Origin: an uncultured bacterium
GTDB taxonomy: Bacteria; Desulfobacterota_D; UBA1144; Nemesobacterales; UBA2774
Direction: 5' to 3'
Assembly (NCBI GenBank): GCA_963825135.1
Contig: CAWGRW010000009.1
Span: 288,001-352,000 of the forward strand
Length of the DNA stretch: 64,000 nucleotides
Positions 26,778 to 36,469 of the stretch are shown here, one piece after another. A program made the translations under genes and the position numbers. Position 1 is the first letter of the stretch. Every line of letters starts with the position of its first letter. The notes below the pieces were generated by a model, which did no database searches, had not been told where the DNA came from, and saw only the letters and a program-made list of their open reading frames with translations.

Positions 26778-28241
26778 ATGCGCATCACCGAGATTATGAA
26801 GAGGTTCGGCAGGCAGAGGATTCTCGTCGTCGGCGACATTATGCTCGACCGGTACGTGAGGGGGACGGTCGAGAGGATTTCCCCCGAGGCGCCCGTACCC
26901 GTGCTCAGGGTGACGGAGGAGGCCTGCGCGCCGGGGGGGGCGGGGAACGTCGCCGTAAACCTGAGGACCCTGGGCGCCGGGGTCGAGCTCGTCGGCAGCC
27001 TGGGTAAAGACCGGGATGGAGACGAGATCGTCCGTTTCCTGAAAGAGTGCGGCATAGGCTCGGGGGGCATCGTCCGCGACATAGACAAGCCCACGACTTC
27101 GAAGACGAGGCTGATCGCCGGGAATCAGCAAATAGCGCGGATGGATAAAGAGATCGACACGCTCGCGCACGAGAGCGTCGAAAAGGCGCTCCTCAGATCC
27201 ATACAACGCGCGGTGAAGGACTTCAAACCGAAGGGCATAATAATCTCCGACTACGCGAAGGGCGTCGTGACGGATAGTCTCGTCTCCCGCGTGATCGAGA
27301 TAGCGAAAGGAGCCGGCATCTTCGTCACCGTGGACCCGAAGGGAGAGAACTACGGAAGGTACAGGGGCGTAAACGCCGTCACTCCTAACACGAGAGAGGC
27401 CGAGACCGCGTCCGGGATCAGGATGAAGGACGAGGATTCGCTCAAGCGTGCGGCAGAGAAAATAATGGAGCAGACCGGGGCCGATTTCGTTCTCATTACG
27501 CGGGGGTCAGACGGCATCAGCTATTTTTCAAAGCACGGGGAGGCGGGAACGGTGCGGTCTCACCCGGTCGAGGTGTTCGACGTAACGGGCGCGGGGGATA
27601 CGGCGGCAAGCGTCTTTACACTCTCCTTCCTCGCCTCATACCTGCTCGAGGAATCGGTGAGGATAGCCAACGCGGCTGCGGGCATAGTGGTAAGCCGGAT
27701 AGGGACGGCGAGCGTCACGCAGACCGATTTGAAAACGTACTTCGCCAGGGAAGAGGAAAAGGAAAGGAGCAAGATACATTCACGCGCCGCTCTCGCTAAG
27801 ACCCTCGCCGGGCTCAGGACGAAGGGGAGAAAGGTCGTATTCACGAACGGGTGCTTCGACCTCTTCCACACGGGACATTTGAGGCTCCTCCGGGAGGCGC
27901 GGAAGCTCGGGGACGTCCTCGTCGTGGCCATAAACAGCGACAAGTCCGTGAGAAAGCTGAAAGGCCCCGGCAGGCCTTATATAACGGAGGCCGACCGCGC
28001 CCTGCTGCTGGCCGCGCTCGACTGCGTCGATTACCTCTGCATATTCGAGGAGGACACGCCGCTCGAACTGATAAAAGAGCTGAAGCCCGACCTGCTGGTA
28101 AAGGGCGGGGACTACGGGCGCGAGGACGTAATCGGCGGGGATTTCGTCGAGAGCTCAGGCGGGCGCGTCGTTATAATCCCTCTCGTAAAAGGGATGTCCA
28201 CATCGACGCTGGCCGATAAGATAAAAAACAGCAGGAAGTAG
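26778..28241 (+). CDS. hldE: Bifunctional heptose-7-phosphate kinase / heptose-1-phosphate adenylyltransferase
   Basis: RISPEAPVPV, GGAGNVA, DVTGAGDT, TNGCFDLFHTGH, KGGDY. Confidence 0.96.
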   Translation: MRITEIMKRFGRQRILVVGDIMLDRYVRGTVERISPEAPVPVLRVTEEACAPGGAGNVAVNLRTLGAGVELVGSLGKDRDGDEIVRFLKECGIGSGGIVRDIDKPTTSKTRLIAGNQQIARMDKEIDTLAHESVEKALLRSIQRAVKDFKPKGIIISDYAKGVVTDSLVSRVIEIAKGAGIFVTVDPKGENYGRYRGVNAVTPNTREAETASGIRMKDEDSLKRAAEKIMEQTGADFVLITRGSDGISYFSKHGEAGTVRSHPVEVFDVTGAGDTAASVFTLSFLASYLLEESVRIANAAAGIVVSRIGTASVTQTDLKTYFAREEEKERSKIHSRAALAKTLAGLRTKGRKVVFTNGCFDLFHTGHLRLLREARKLGDVLVVAINSDKSVRKLKGPGRPYITEADRALLLAALDCVDYLCIFEEDTPLELIKELKPDLLVKGGDYGREDVIGGDFVESSGGRVVIIPLVKGMSTSTLADKIKNSRK

Positions 28242-28296
28242 CGCATGGTAAGTCCGGCGAGGCGACGGCGGCGGCGAAGAGCGCACCCCTCCCCTT

Positions 28297-29064
28297 TCAT
28301 TTACAAACGGTGTTGATATAGCGGTTGGAATTCACGCCGAACTCCGAGTTCGGTGAAATATCCGCCACCTTTCTGAACGCTTCGCACGCGTTCACGGTGT
28401 CGTTTAATTTCATATACGCGAGAGCGAGGTTATAGTAGGCCTCGTCGTACGTGGGATAACCCTGCACTGCCTGCTGGAATTCAGTCACGGCCTCGCCGTA
28501 CCTTCCTGTGGACATATAGAGCTTGCCCAATTCGTTGTGCGCGTAGACGAACGCGGGGTTGAGCTTGAGCGCCTGCTCGTAATTCTCCCTCGCCTTGGCC
28601 ATGTCCCCTTTGCTGTAATACGCGATGCCGATGTTGGTATACGCGTTGGCTCTCGCCTTGTAGGTCGGGTCCGCGACGACGAGTCCGCACTCGGATATCA
28701 CCTGGTCGTAACTCTTTTGTGAAAGGTATAATCCGCAGAGATTAAAATGAGCGGGCGTGTAGGTGGAGCTCAGACTGATCGCCTTTTTATAGTTCTCCTC
28801 TGCCGTGGGGTACTCTTTAAGCCCCATGTATATCGCGCCCTTTATGACGTAAACCTCGGGGTCCTTGTCGTTTATTTTCTCGGCAACCTCTATCTCTTTC
28901 AGGGCCTGAGGGAAATTGCCCCTCCACGAGGAAGCGACGGCGAGGGCCTTCTGGTTGTCGAACATCTTCCCCTCGTCCTGAGGGACATCCGGCTTCTTTT
29001 TCCCTCCCGCGCAGGAAAGGAGCAATACCGCAACGATGAGAGTGACGAGTGAAAAGTTTTTCAT
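28297..29064 (-). CDS. TPR lipoprotein (PilF/PilW-like)
   Basis: Lipobox LLSC and several TPR repeats. Confidence 0.8.
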   Translation of the reverse strand: MKNFSLVTLIVAVLLLSCAGGKKKPDVPQDEGKMFDNQKALAVASSWRGNFPQALKEIEVAEKINDKDPEVYVIKGAIYMGLKEYPTAEENYKKAISLSSTYTPAHFNLCGLYLSQKSYDQVISECGLVVADPTYKARANAYTNIGIAYYSKGDMAKARENYEQALKLNPAFVYAHNELGKLYMSTGRYGEAVTEFQQAVQGYPTYDEAYYNLALAYMKLNDTVNACEAFRKVADISPNSEFGVNSNRYINTVCK

Positions 29065-29065
29065 A

Positions 29066-29968
29066 TCAGTCGAGCCTCGAGAGCTGAAGGAAAGCGGCGA
29101 ACCTCTTATCGATATCGGCTTTCCTTAGCTGTGCTAATCGCCTCACGCTGAAATTCTCTACGGTGAACGAAGCGATGACGCTTCCGAACACTACGGCCGT
29201 CTTATAACCCGCCTGGTCGGTAATATCGTGCCCCGCAACGAACCCCATGAAACCTCCCGCGAACGAATCCCCCGCGCCCGTCGGGTCGATTACCTCTTCG
29301 AGCGGGTAGCTCGGCGCCCAGAATATGCCATCCCTCGAGAACATCAGCGCGCCGTACTCGCCCCTCTTCACTATGAGCGCCCTGGGGCCGAGCTCGAGCA
29401 CTTTCCTCGCGGCGTGCGTGATCCGGGGCTCCTTCGCGAGTATCCTGGTTTCGGAATCGTTCAGCATAAGAATGTCCACCCGTTTTATCACTTCCTTGAG
29501 CGCCTCGGGCTTGTGCTCTATCCAGTAGTTCATGGTGTCGCAGGCGACGAGCTTCGGGTTTTTCATCTGATCGAGCACGCTCAGCTGAAGCTCCGGGTCT
29601 ATGTTCGCGAGGAAAACGTATTCTATGTCCCTGTACTCATCGGGAAGTACGGGCTTGAAGTTCTCGAACACGTTCAGGTACGTGCCCAGAGTCTCCGGGT
29701 CCCCGAGGTCGTAGCCGTACCTGCCCTCCCACCTGAACGTCCGGCCGTTCTCCCTCTTTACTCCGTTGAGCGCTATCCCCTTCGACCTGAAAAGCTCCAT
29801 GTGCTCTTCAGGAAAATCGCTTCCGACGACCGCCACGGCGGATACGTCCGTAAACATGCTCGCGGCTAGGGAGAAATACGAGGCGGAGCCCCCGAGAATA
29901 TCTTCCTCTCTGCCGAATGGAGTCTCCACGGTATCGAGAGCGATTGATCCGACTACAAGAAGCTTCAT
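29066..29968 (-). CDS. PfkB-family carbohydrate/nucleoside kinase
   Basis: LGGSA, DPTGAGDSFAGG. Coupled to mtnP. Confidence 0.9.
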   Translation of the reverse strand: MKLLVVGSIALDTVETPFGREEDILGGSASYFSLAASMFTDVSAVAVVGSDFPEEHMELFRSKGIALNGVKRENGRTFRWEGRYGYDLGDPETLGTYLNVFENFKPVLPDEYRDIEYVFLANIDPELQLSVLDQMKNPKLVACDTMNYWIEHKPEALKEVIKRVDILMLNDSETRILAKEPRITHAARKVLELGPRALIVKRGEYGALMFSRDGIFWAPSYPLEEVIDPTGAGDSFAGGFMGFVAGHDITDQAGYKTAVVFGSVIASFTVENFSVRRLAQLRKADIDKRFAAFLQLSRLD

Positions 29969-30822
29969 TGTACGTACCTCCTTATCAGTATTCCGAGTCT
30001 CTCTTTGACCTCGGGAGTGATGGAGTCACGGGAAGTAATTATAGCGTTCTCGAGCGCGCTCGCGCACAGGCAGTCTTTCGTATCATCTATCGCCGGCAGG
30101 ACCTTCAGGATAACCTTCCTGGCGAGAGCCACGTTGTTCATAAGCGTCTCTATGACGTCATCCACCGTGACGTCGCCGTGTTGCTCGTGCCAGCAGTCAT
30201 AGTCGGTCGACAACGCAAGTGTAGAATAGCAAATCTCGGCTTCGCGCGCAAGCTTCGCCTCGGGCATGTTGGTCATCCCTATCACGTCCACTCCCCATTT
30301 CCTGTATATATTGCTCTCCGCGCGGGAGGAGAACTGGGGCCCCTCCATGCAGATATAGGTCGCGTCCTTATGCACGGTCGCCCCCGCCTCGAGTGCGGCC
30401 TCGTAGAGCGCCTTCGAGAGGACCGGGCACACCGGGTCGGCCATCGACACGTGCGCCGCCAACCCGTCCCCGAAGAACGTGGACGCCCTCGACTTCGTGT
30501 GATCGTAGAACTGCGACGGTATGACAATGTGGCCGGGAGCTATTTCCTCCCTCATGCTTCCGACGGCGCTTACTGATATTATCCACCCGGCGCCGAGCGT
30601 CTTCATCGCGAATATATTAGCGCGGTAGTTTATCTCGGACGGCATGAGCTTGTGCCCCTTCCCGTGACGCGGGAGGAATATGAGCCTCGTATCCCCCAGC
30701 ATGCCTACAGCCGGGTCGTCGGAAGGCTTTCCCCAGGGCGTATCCACGCTCACCGTTTCCACTTCCGTAAGCCCCTCGAGCGCGTATAGCCCGCTCCCGC
30801 CTATTATCCCCACTGTTTTCAT
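29965..30822 (-). CDS. mtnP: S-methyl-5'-thioadenosine phosphorylase
   Basis: GIIGGSG, PRHGKGH, EGPQFS, GMTNMPEA, TDYDCW. Confidence 0.95.
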   Translation of the reverse strand: MKTVGIIGGSGLYALEGLTEVETVSVDTPWGKPSDDPAVGMLGDTRLIFLPRHGKGHKLMPSEINYRANIFAMKTLGAGWIISVSAVGSMREEIAPGHIVIPSQFYDHTKSRASTFFGDGLAAHVSMADPVCPVLSKALYEAALEAGATVHKDATYICMEGPQFSSRAESNIYRKWGVDVIGMTNMPEAKLAREAEICYSTLALSTDYDCWHEQHGDVTVDDVIETLMNNVALARKVILKVLPAIDDTKDCLCASALENAIITSRDSITPEVKERLGILIRRYVQ

Positions 30823-30886
30823 TTTCGCCTCTTATTACGCTGAATTATCGGTCCCCTATCGTCTTGAACATACGGACGCCGCACGC

Positions 30887-31849
30887 TCAATTGGACGGCA
30901 TATCGAGCTTCGTGCCGATACCCGCCCCTTTGGCGACCTTATACACGTGCGCCGCGACGGCAATGTCCTCGACCGCGATGCCGAGCGATTTGAAGAGCGT
31001 TATGTCTTCGTCTTTCGTCCTTCCCGGGGACTTCCCTGAAACGACGTCCCCGAGCTCCGAAATACGGGCCCACCTGAGCGTGCCCTTCTCGATGAGCGGT
31101 AAGAACTCGCCCGCCTCCATCTTCGACTGCTCGAGTGATTCGACGACTATCACGTCCGCCGTCCTCACCGTCTTCTCGTCTATCTCCCTCTTGAAAAGGA
31201 AATTGCCGCCTATCGCGTTTACGTGAGCCCCCTTCGAAAGCCAGTCCCCCTTGAATACGGGCTCGAACGACGAGGTCGAAGTGATGACGCAGTCGGCGTC
31301 CCTCACGGCTTCCTCGGCCGACGCGACCGGCGTAACGGTAATCCGGAGCTGCTTTTCCATCTCCCTCGAGAACGCTTCCCTGTTAGCCGCGCTGCGGCTG
31401 TAAACGCTTATCTTCTTCACGTGCCTGACGGCCGCCGCCGCAAGGAGCTGCCCCCTCGCCTGCCATCCCGCGCCGAGGATACCGACGCGGCTCATGTCCT
31501 CCCTCGCCATGTATTTCGTAGCCACGCCCGACACGGCCCCGGTCCTCATCATGCCCATGAAGTTCCCGTCCATGATGGACAGCAGCTCCCCGGAGTCGAG
31601 ATCGTGGAGGAACACCCTGAACTTGACGCCCGATTTCGAGGAGGTATAAGCCTTATAGCCCATTACCCCCAGGTGCGGGAGCGCCCCGGCCAGGTAATGC
31701 AGCATGCTTACCTCGGTCCTTATCCTCTGCCTCGGCTGATTTATTATGTTTCCGAGCCCCTGCTGCCTGAACATCTCCTCAAGCACCTTAATGGCGTCGG
31801 ACATGGTGAGGATCTGCCTTACGTCGTCCTCTCCCAGGAATAAAACCAT
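30887..31849 (-). CDS. Ornithine cyclodeaminase / mu-crystallin family protein
   Basis: MRTGAVSG, GAGWQA, FKSLGIAVED. Confidence 0.9.
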   Translation of the reverse strand: MVLFLGEDDVRQILTMSDAIKVLEEMFRQQGLGNIINQPRQRIRTEVSMLHYLAGALPHLGVMGYKAYTSSKSGVKFRVFLHDLDSGELLSIMDGNFMGMMRTGAVSGVATKYMAREDMSRVGILGAGWQARGQLLAAAAVRHVKKISVYSRSAANREAFSREMEKQLRITVTPVASAEEAVRDADCVITSTSSFEPVFKGDWLSKGAHVNAIGGNFLFKREIDEKTVRTADVIVVESLEQSKMEAGEFLPLIEKGTLRWARISELGDVVSGKSPGRTKDEDITLFKSLGIAVEDIAVAAHVYKVAKGAGIGTKLDMPSN

Positions 31850-32210
31850 CTTATCCTCCGTAACCGGTCCCGGCCCGCACGGGTCGGACCGCCTCTCTTG
31901 GGTAGGATTTTAACATTTAAGCGTCTGATTTTAAAGTGAGACTGGGGAGTTATATGGAACGTGCGGATAAACGCCGATACTCACGCCTGAGGGCCAGCCG
32001 AAGGGGCAGAAGATACGCCCTTTCCAATTACGGTCGACAAGGGCGGCGAGGTATCCGATTACGAGCTCCGGTAGGGTGGGTTATGCATTCCTGAAGATTT
32101 TGAATCGGGCCTTTATTTTGTGAGGCACAGAAATATCCCCGACATCGTGTGAGGCTTTTTCCGGACGCCCCCGCTCCATCCTTCTAACTTCTCCCCTCTC
32201 CTGCATCTCC

Positions 32211-33020
32211 TTAAGCAGGCTTCCCGCCCCCCGCTCCGCGCGCATCTTTATTGAGAGACGTAAATACGATAAAAATTAGCAGTATTGATGCTAGGACAAT
32301 CGACGAGCCGACCGTGCCGAGATCGAGGCCGCCTTTTTCATGCGGCTTGGTAAGGATGTCTCCCATTTGTGCGCCGAAAGGCCGCGTCAGGACGAACGCA
32401 ATCCAGAACAATGCTACGCGGGAAATCTCGGTGAAATATGCGGCAGCGAGCACGAGCGTCAGCAGACCGGCAATCAGCAGCGCACCGCCGGTAAATCCGA
32501 GCCCCGATGTATCAGACAGGAAGTCGCCCAGCGCGGTGCCCAGCGTGTTTGAAAACAGAATAGCGATCCAGTAAAGAAATTCGACCTTGCGCGACCTGAT
32601 TTCGTTGACGGACAGTGAGCCGATGCGCAATCGCCAGAAGGCGAGAATAGCCACCAGGCAGCTCAGCAAAATAACGGAGCCATTCATGTAGCCAAGCCTC
32701 AGTGTGCGGTCCATGAAGTCCGACATCGTCGTACCGGCAGTGCTGGTGGTCAGGATGACTGTCCAGTAAAGCAGGGGATGATATCTTTTCGACAGCATCT
32801 GCGCCGTGAGCGTCACTAGAAACACACTTAACAATATGACGGTGCTGACGGCGTAGCCTACGTTCAGGGTCATGGATAAAAGATCACCCGCCGTTTCGCC
32901 CAGGGTGGTCGCGCATATCTTCATTATCCAGAAATAAATGGTGATCTCAGGGAGTTTATTTAACTCAGCATAATCATAGCTTTTAACGGTTTCGGTTATC
33001 AGAGTATCGGCATCAGCCAT
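32211..33020 (-). CDS. DUF347 / COG4705 membrane protein
   Basis: NKLPEITIYFWIMKICATTLGETAGD and repeated (S/T)xxGTxxxD motifs, ending TRPFGA. Confidence 0.85.
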   Translation of the reverse strand: MADADTLITETVKSYDYAELNKLPEITIYFWIMKICATTLGETAGDLLSMTLNVGYAVSTVILLSVFLVTLTAQMLSKRYHPLLYWTVILTTSTAGTTMSDFMDRTLRLGYMNGSVILLSCLVAILAFWRLRIGSLSVNEIRSRKVEFLYWIAILFSNTLGTALGDFLSDTSGLGFTGGALLIAGLLTLVLAAAYFTEISRVALFWIAFVLTRPFGAQMGDILTKPHEKGGLDLGTVGSSIVLASILLIFIVFTSLNKDARGAGGGKPA

Positions 33021-33218
33021 TTTGATTACCTGCTTATTTGTTCTTTCTTCGTTCCTTTGTCTTCCGGACAGCACATTGGCTTTATAGCCTTTTCTTCATA
33101 GCAAAATAGTGCTGTAATCATTTACAGCTCTCATTTCCATTTCTTTGTGGGAGTTTAAAGAACGGAGTAATACTGTTAAACCTATAGAGAAGCGGGACAA
33201 TAAACCATACTCTAAATT

Positions 33219-34007
33219 TTACCAATGCATTGTTAATACCAGCCCGGAACTACTCCCTTCCGAGTAAGGCATAATTGTAAAATTACCTCCTTTATCATTT
33301 TTATGAATATGCGCCACGCCCCTTCCCACCGCTGTGCCGAGGGCCGCTCCGAAGAGCACGTCCGAGAGAAAATGCTTGTTATCCGATATACGCGAGAGCC
33401 CGACGAAAGAGGAAAATGCATAAAGTGGAATCCCGACTTTATAGCCGTACATGGAATCGAAGGTGGTTGCGAGGGCGAAGCTTGCAGAAACGTGTCCTGA
33501 CGGGAAGGACGAACTAAAACGGTTGTTATCTCCGTTAGGTCGTTTCCTTCCGACCGAGACTTTTATTCCCTCCGTCATGACCGCGGTTATTATCTCGGAT
33601 TCGATGAGGGCCTCGCTCGTTTGAAGGAATTTTTCATCTTTTATTTGTTTGGCCACTATGTATGATGTGACCGTTATACCGGCAATTGTGATAGCACTGC
33701 CGCCTATATTCCCTATTTCCGCGAAATTACCCAATGATCCTTCCACCGAATTTTGAACCTCTTTATCGGCATCTGTTTGGGAAAGTGTTATAGCAGTCCC
33801 GGCTGCCGCCCCTAGAATTGCAAGGTTCCATCCGGTAACGCTATATTTTGTTCCGATGAGGAGGTTTTTAGGAAGGGTCTTTGACAAATATTGAAGAAAT
33901 CCCTCATTGACGGGCGGTACCGTATCTTCACCCTTTGAGGTCAGAGGGATACTTATAATGAAGACGGCAAAGAGAGCTAAGGATAGAAGTTTCCTTGAGA
34001 TGTTCAA
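33219..34007 (-). CDS. PAP2-family phosphatase
   Basis: KVSVGRKRP, SFPSGH, SRISDNKHFLSDV. Confidence 0.9.
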   Translation of the reverse strand: MNISRKLLSLALFAVFIISIPLTSKGEDTVPPVNEGFLQYLSKTLPKNLLIGTKYSVTGWNLAILGAAAGTAITLSQTDADKEVQNSVEGSLGNFAEIGNIGGSAITIAGITVTSYIVAKQIKDEKFLQTSEALIESEIITAVMTEGIKVSVGRKRPNGDNNRFSSSFPSGHVSASFALATTFDSMYGYKVGIPLYAFSSFVGLSRISDNKHFLSDVLFGAALGTAVGRGVAHIHKNDKGGNFTIMPYSEGSSSGLVLTMHW

Positions 34008-34064
34008 TTAAACTGAGCCATGGGTTAACTTTATTTAGTGTTTTTTAATAATACATGAGCATTA

Positions 34065-34090
34065 TTACACCAACGTTACGGTCGAATTAC
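34065..34090. promoter_or_regulatory. Three TTAC direct repeats at 11-bp period, candidate OmpR-family binding site
   Basis: TTAC at 34065, 34076 and 34087, between the divergent PAP2 and response regulator genes. Confidence 0.4.
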
Positions 34091-34291
34091 AATTATTTAA
34101 TCTTTTACCGGGACAAGTAAACAAAAGTTGACTATTACGAGTGCAAAGCCTCTAAATACTTGTGGATTCGAATAATGCTATCCCGATAAATAACCTTTAC
34201 CGATTGTCGAAAGTGATGTCGTTTGCGATTTTATTTATTAAACTAGAGAATGGAACATGCTTACACAACATCGAACCTGGAGGTAAGAGGC

Positions 34292-34966
34292 ATGAGAATA
34301 CTGGTTATAGAAGACGACCAGGAAACAGCCGCTTTCATTACCAGCGGTCTTAAACGTTCGGGTTATGCCGTTGACCATGCCGCGGACGGCGAGGAGGGAC
34401 TCGAACTGATATTATCTTATAACTACGATGCCGCGGTCATCGATATAATGCTGCCCAAGCTGGACGGGTTGAGCATCCTGAGAAAGCTGAGAAGTCAAAA
34501 CATATACACCCCCGTTCTTATTTTAAGCGCCAAAAACTCAGTCGACGACCGGATCGAAGGACTTAGCGCGGGGAGTGATGATTACCTGGCCAAGCCTTAC
34601 TCCTTTTTAGAGCTGCTCGCACGGGTGAGATCACTTATACGCAGGGCCAATTTTGCATCCAGTCCCACCCGCCTGGCGAAGGGGGAGCTGACTCTCGACC
34701 TCCTCACCAGGGAAGTGGCCTATGCGGGCGCGAGGATCGAGCTTCTGCCGAAGGAATTCTCGCTGCTGGAATATCTGATGCGTCACCACGGGGAGGTGGT
34801 GTCGAAGAACATGATCCTCGAGCACTTATGGAGTTACGACTTCGAGCCCCAGACAAACGTAGTGGAAGTTATGGTCTGCAGGCTGAGAAGCAAATTGGAG
34901 GATAGTCCCGAGAGAAAAATGATTCAGACCATCAGGGGCGCCGGTTATGTGCTCAAAGTTGCTTAA
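34292..34966 (+). CDS. OmpR-family response regulator
   Basis: MRILVIEDD, DIMLP, DDYLAKP, wHTH ending QTIRGAGY. Confidence 0.95.
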   Translation: MRILVIEDDQETAAFITSGLKRSGYAVDHAADGEEGLELILSYNYDAAVIDIMLPKLDGLSILRKLRSQNIYTPVLILSAKNSVDDRIEGLSAGSDDYLAKPYSFLELLARVRSLIRRANFASSPTRLAKGELTLDLLTREVAYAGARIELLPKEFSLLEYLMRHHGEVVSKNMILEHLWSYDFEPQTNVVEVMVCRLRSKLEDSPERKMIQTIRGAGYVLKVA

Positions 34967-36344
34967 ACAAGCAAAAAAAAGTTTCGTCGTCCGGCTGACC
35001 TTCTGGTACACGTTTATATTCGTAATCAGCTTCTTTATCCTCTTCGCGGTCGCCTATTATTTTATTTCCGAAACCATTAAAGATAACGATAGAGAGGACA
35101 TCTCGATAGAATTGAACGAGCTCAAGCTGAAATATCAGGAAGGCGGCATAGATGCTTTAAAAGAGGAGCTGGATTTCGAGATACTCGTCACAGGCAGTAA
35201 TTTATATTTCGTCCGGGTGGCTGACCAGCGAAATGAAACTGTCTATATGAACTTTCCGGCAAAATCATCGCAGACCGACTTTAAAAGAATCGAAAGCGCG
35301 GCGGTCATGGGTGATAGAAAATGGATAATGCTGCCGGTGGCAGACAGCCGGCATCACTGGGAGATCTTATCCGGGTCTCTGAATAACGGCTGCATAATAC
35401 AAGTCGGCAAAAGCACCGAGCTCCGGTCGGGCTTTCTTAACAAGTTCAGCGGAGTTATCGCGTGGGTCATCGTCATCATGATTGTGACCGGATTTACGGG
35501 GGGCGCCGTTATAGCGAAGCGCGCGATCAGGCCTGTACGAACTCTAATCAATGAACTAAAGTCAAAATATGTCGTCAGCTCAGGCGAGCCGCTTCTCCCG
35601 GTCAAAGAACCGGGGAATGAATTCGAGGAATTGGCGGCGATGTTCAAATCCATATTGAATAAAAACGAACTCCTGATAGACGAGCTGCGAAGCGCTCTGG
35701 ACAACATCGCCCATGACGTCCGCACGCCCGTTACGAGACTAAAAGGTCTTGCCGAATTGGCGATACATTCCGAACCGGACGTTAATACCCTCCGGGACGC
35801 TCTTCATAAATGCATGGAAGAATCAGAGCAGATTACCACGATTCTAAATACCCTGATTGCGATTACCGCCGTCGAGAGCGGTGTGATGAAACTCGAAGTC
35901 GGGGAGACGAATCTTACCGAGCTCATAAAGCAGGTAGTCGAGCTCTACAATTTCGTGGCAGGAGAGAAAAATATATTTATGACGACAAATCTGCCGGACA
36001 CGCTCATGGCGAATATCGACGTCAACAAGATGCGCCAGCTCTTCGCGAACATCATAGATAACGCGGTCAAGTACACTCCGGACGGGGGAAGGGTAACAAT
36101 AGAGGCATACAAAGGCAAAGATGAGATCATCGTAAATATAAAGGATACGGGATTCGGGATACCTTCGGAAGAGATTCCCAGGATTTGGGACCGTCTGTAT
36201 CGAGGGGATAAAAGCCGTTCGCAAAAAGGGCTCGGCCTGGGGTTGAGTATAGTAAAAGCCATCATTCAGGCGCACAACGGGTACATAGAGGTCACAAGCA
36301 AAACCGGCAACGGTTCCGTTTTCTCCATACATATTCCCCAATAG
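34947..36344 (+). CDS. Sensor histidine kinase
   Basis: Two TM segments, AHDVRTP H-box, NAVKY, DTGFG, GLGLGL. Confidence 0.95.
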   Translation: MCSKLLKQAKKSFVVRLTFWYTFIFVISFFILFAVAYYFISETIKDNDREDISIELNELKLKYQEGGIDALKEELDFEILVTGSNLYFVRVADQRNETVYMNFPAKSSQTDFKRIESAAVMGDRKWIMLPVADSRHHWEILSGSLNNGCIIQVGKSTELRSGFLNKFSGVIAWVIVIMIVTGFTGGAVIAKRAIRPVRTLINELKSKYVVSSGEPLLPVKEPGNEFEELAAMFKSILNKNELLIDELRSALDNIAHDVRTPVTRLKGLAELAIHSEPDVNTLRDALHKCMEESEQITTILNTLIAITAVESGVMKLEVGETNLTELIKQVVELYNFVAGEKNIFMTTNLPDTLMANIDVNKMRQLFANIIDNAVKYTPDGGRVTIEAYKGKDEIIVNIKDTGFGIPSEEIPRIWDRLYRGDKSRSQKGLGLGLSIVKAIIQAHNGYIEVTSKTGNGSVFSIHIPQ

Positions 36345-36469
36345 TGATAGTTCTTACTCCCCACTCGTAAACATTAAAATAATATTAATATTGGCGCAAG
36401 CCTGGCGCAATGTTCGCGTGATATAATCCGCGAAGAGACTTTTATATACATCAAAAGGAGGACCAGATC

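Noticed and set aside
36392..36418. Sigma54 promoter (GG-N10-GC) upstream of the IPTL-CTERM gene
   Set aside because: The -12 element lacks the TTGC consensus, so the match is too weak to call.
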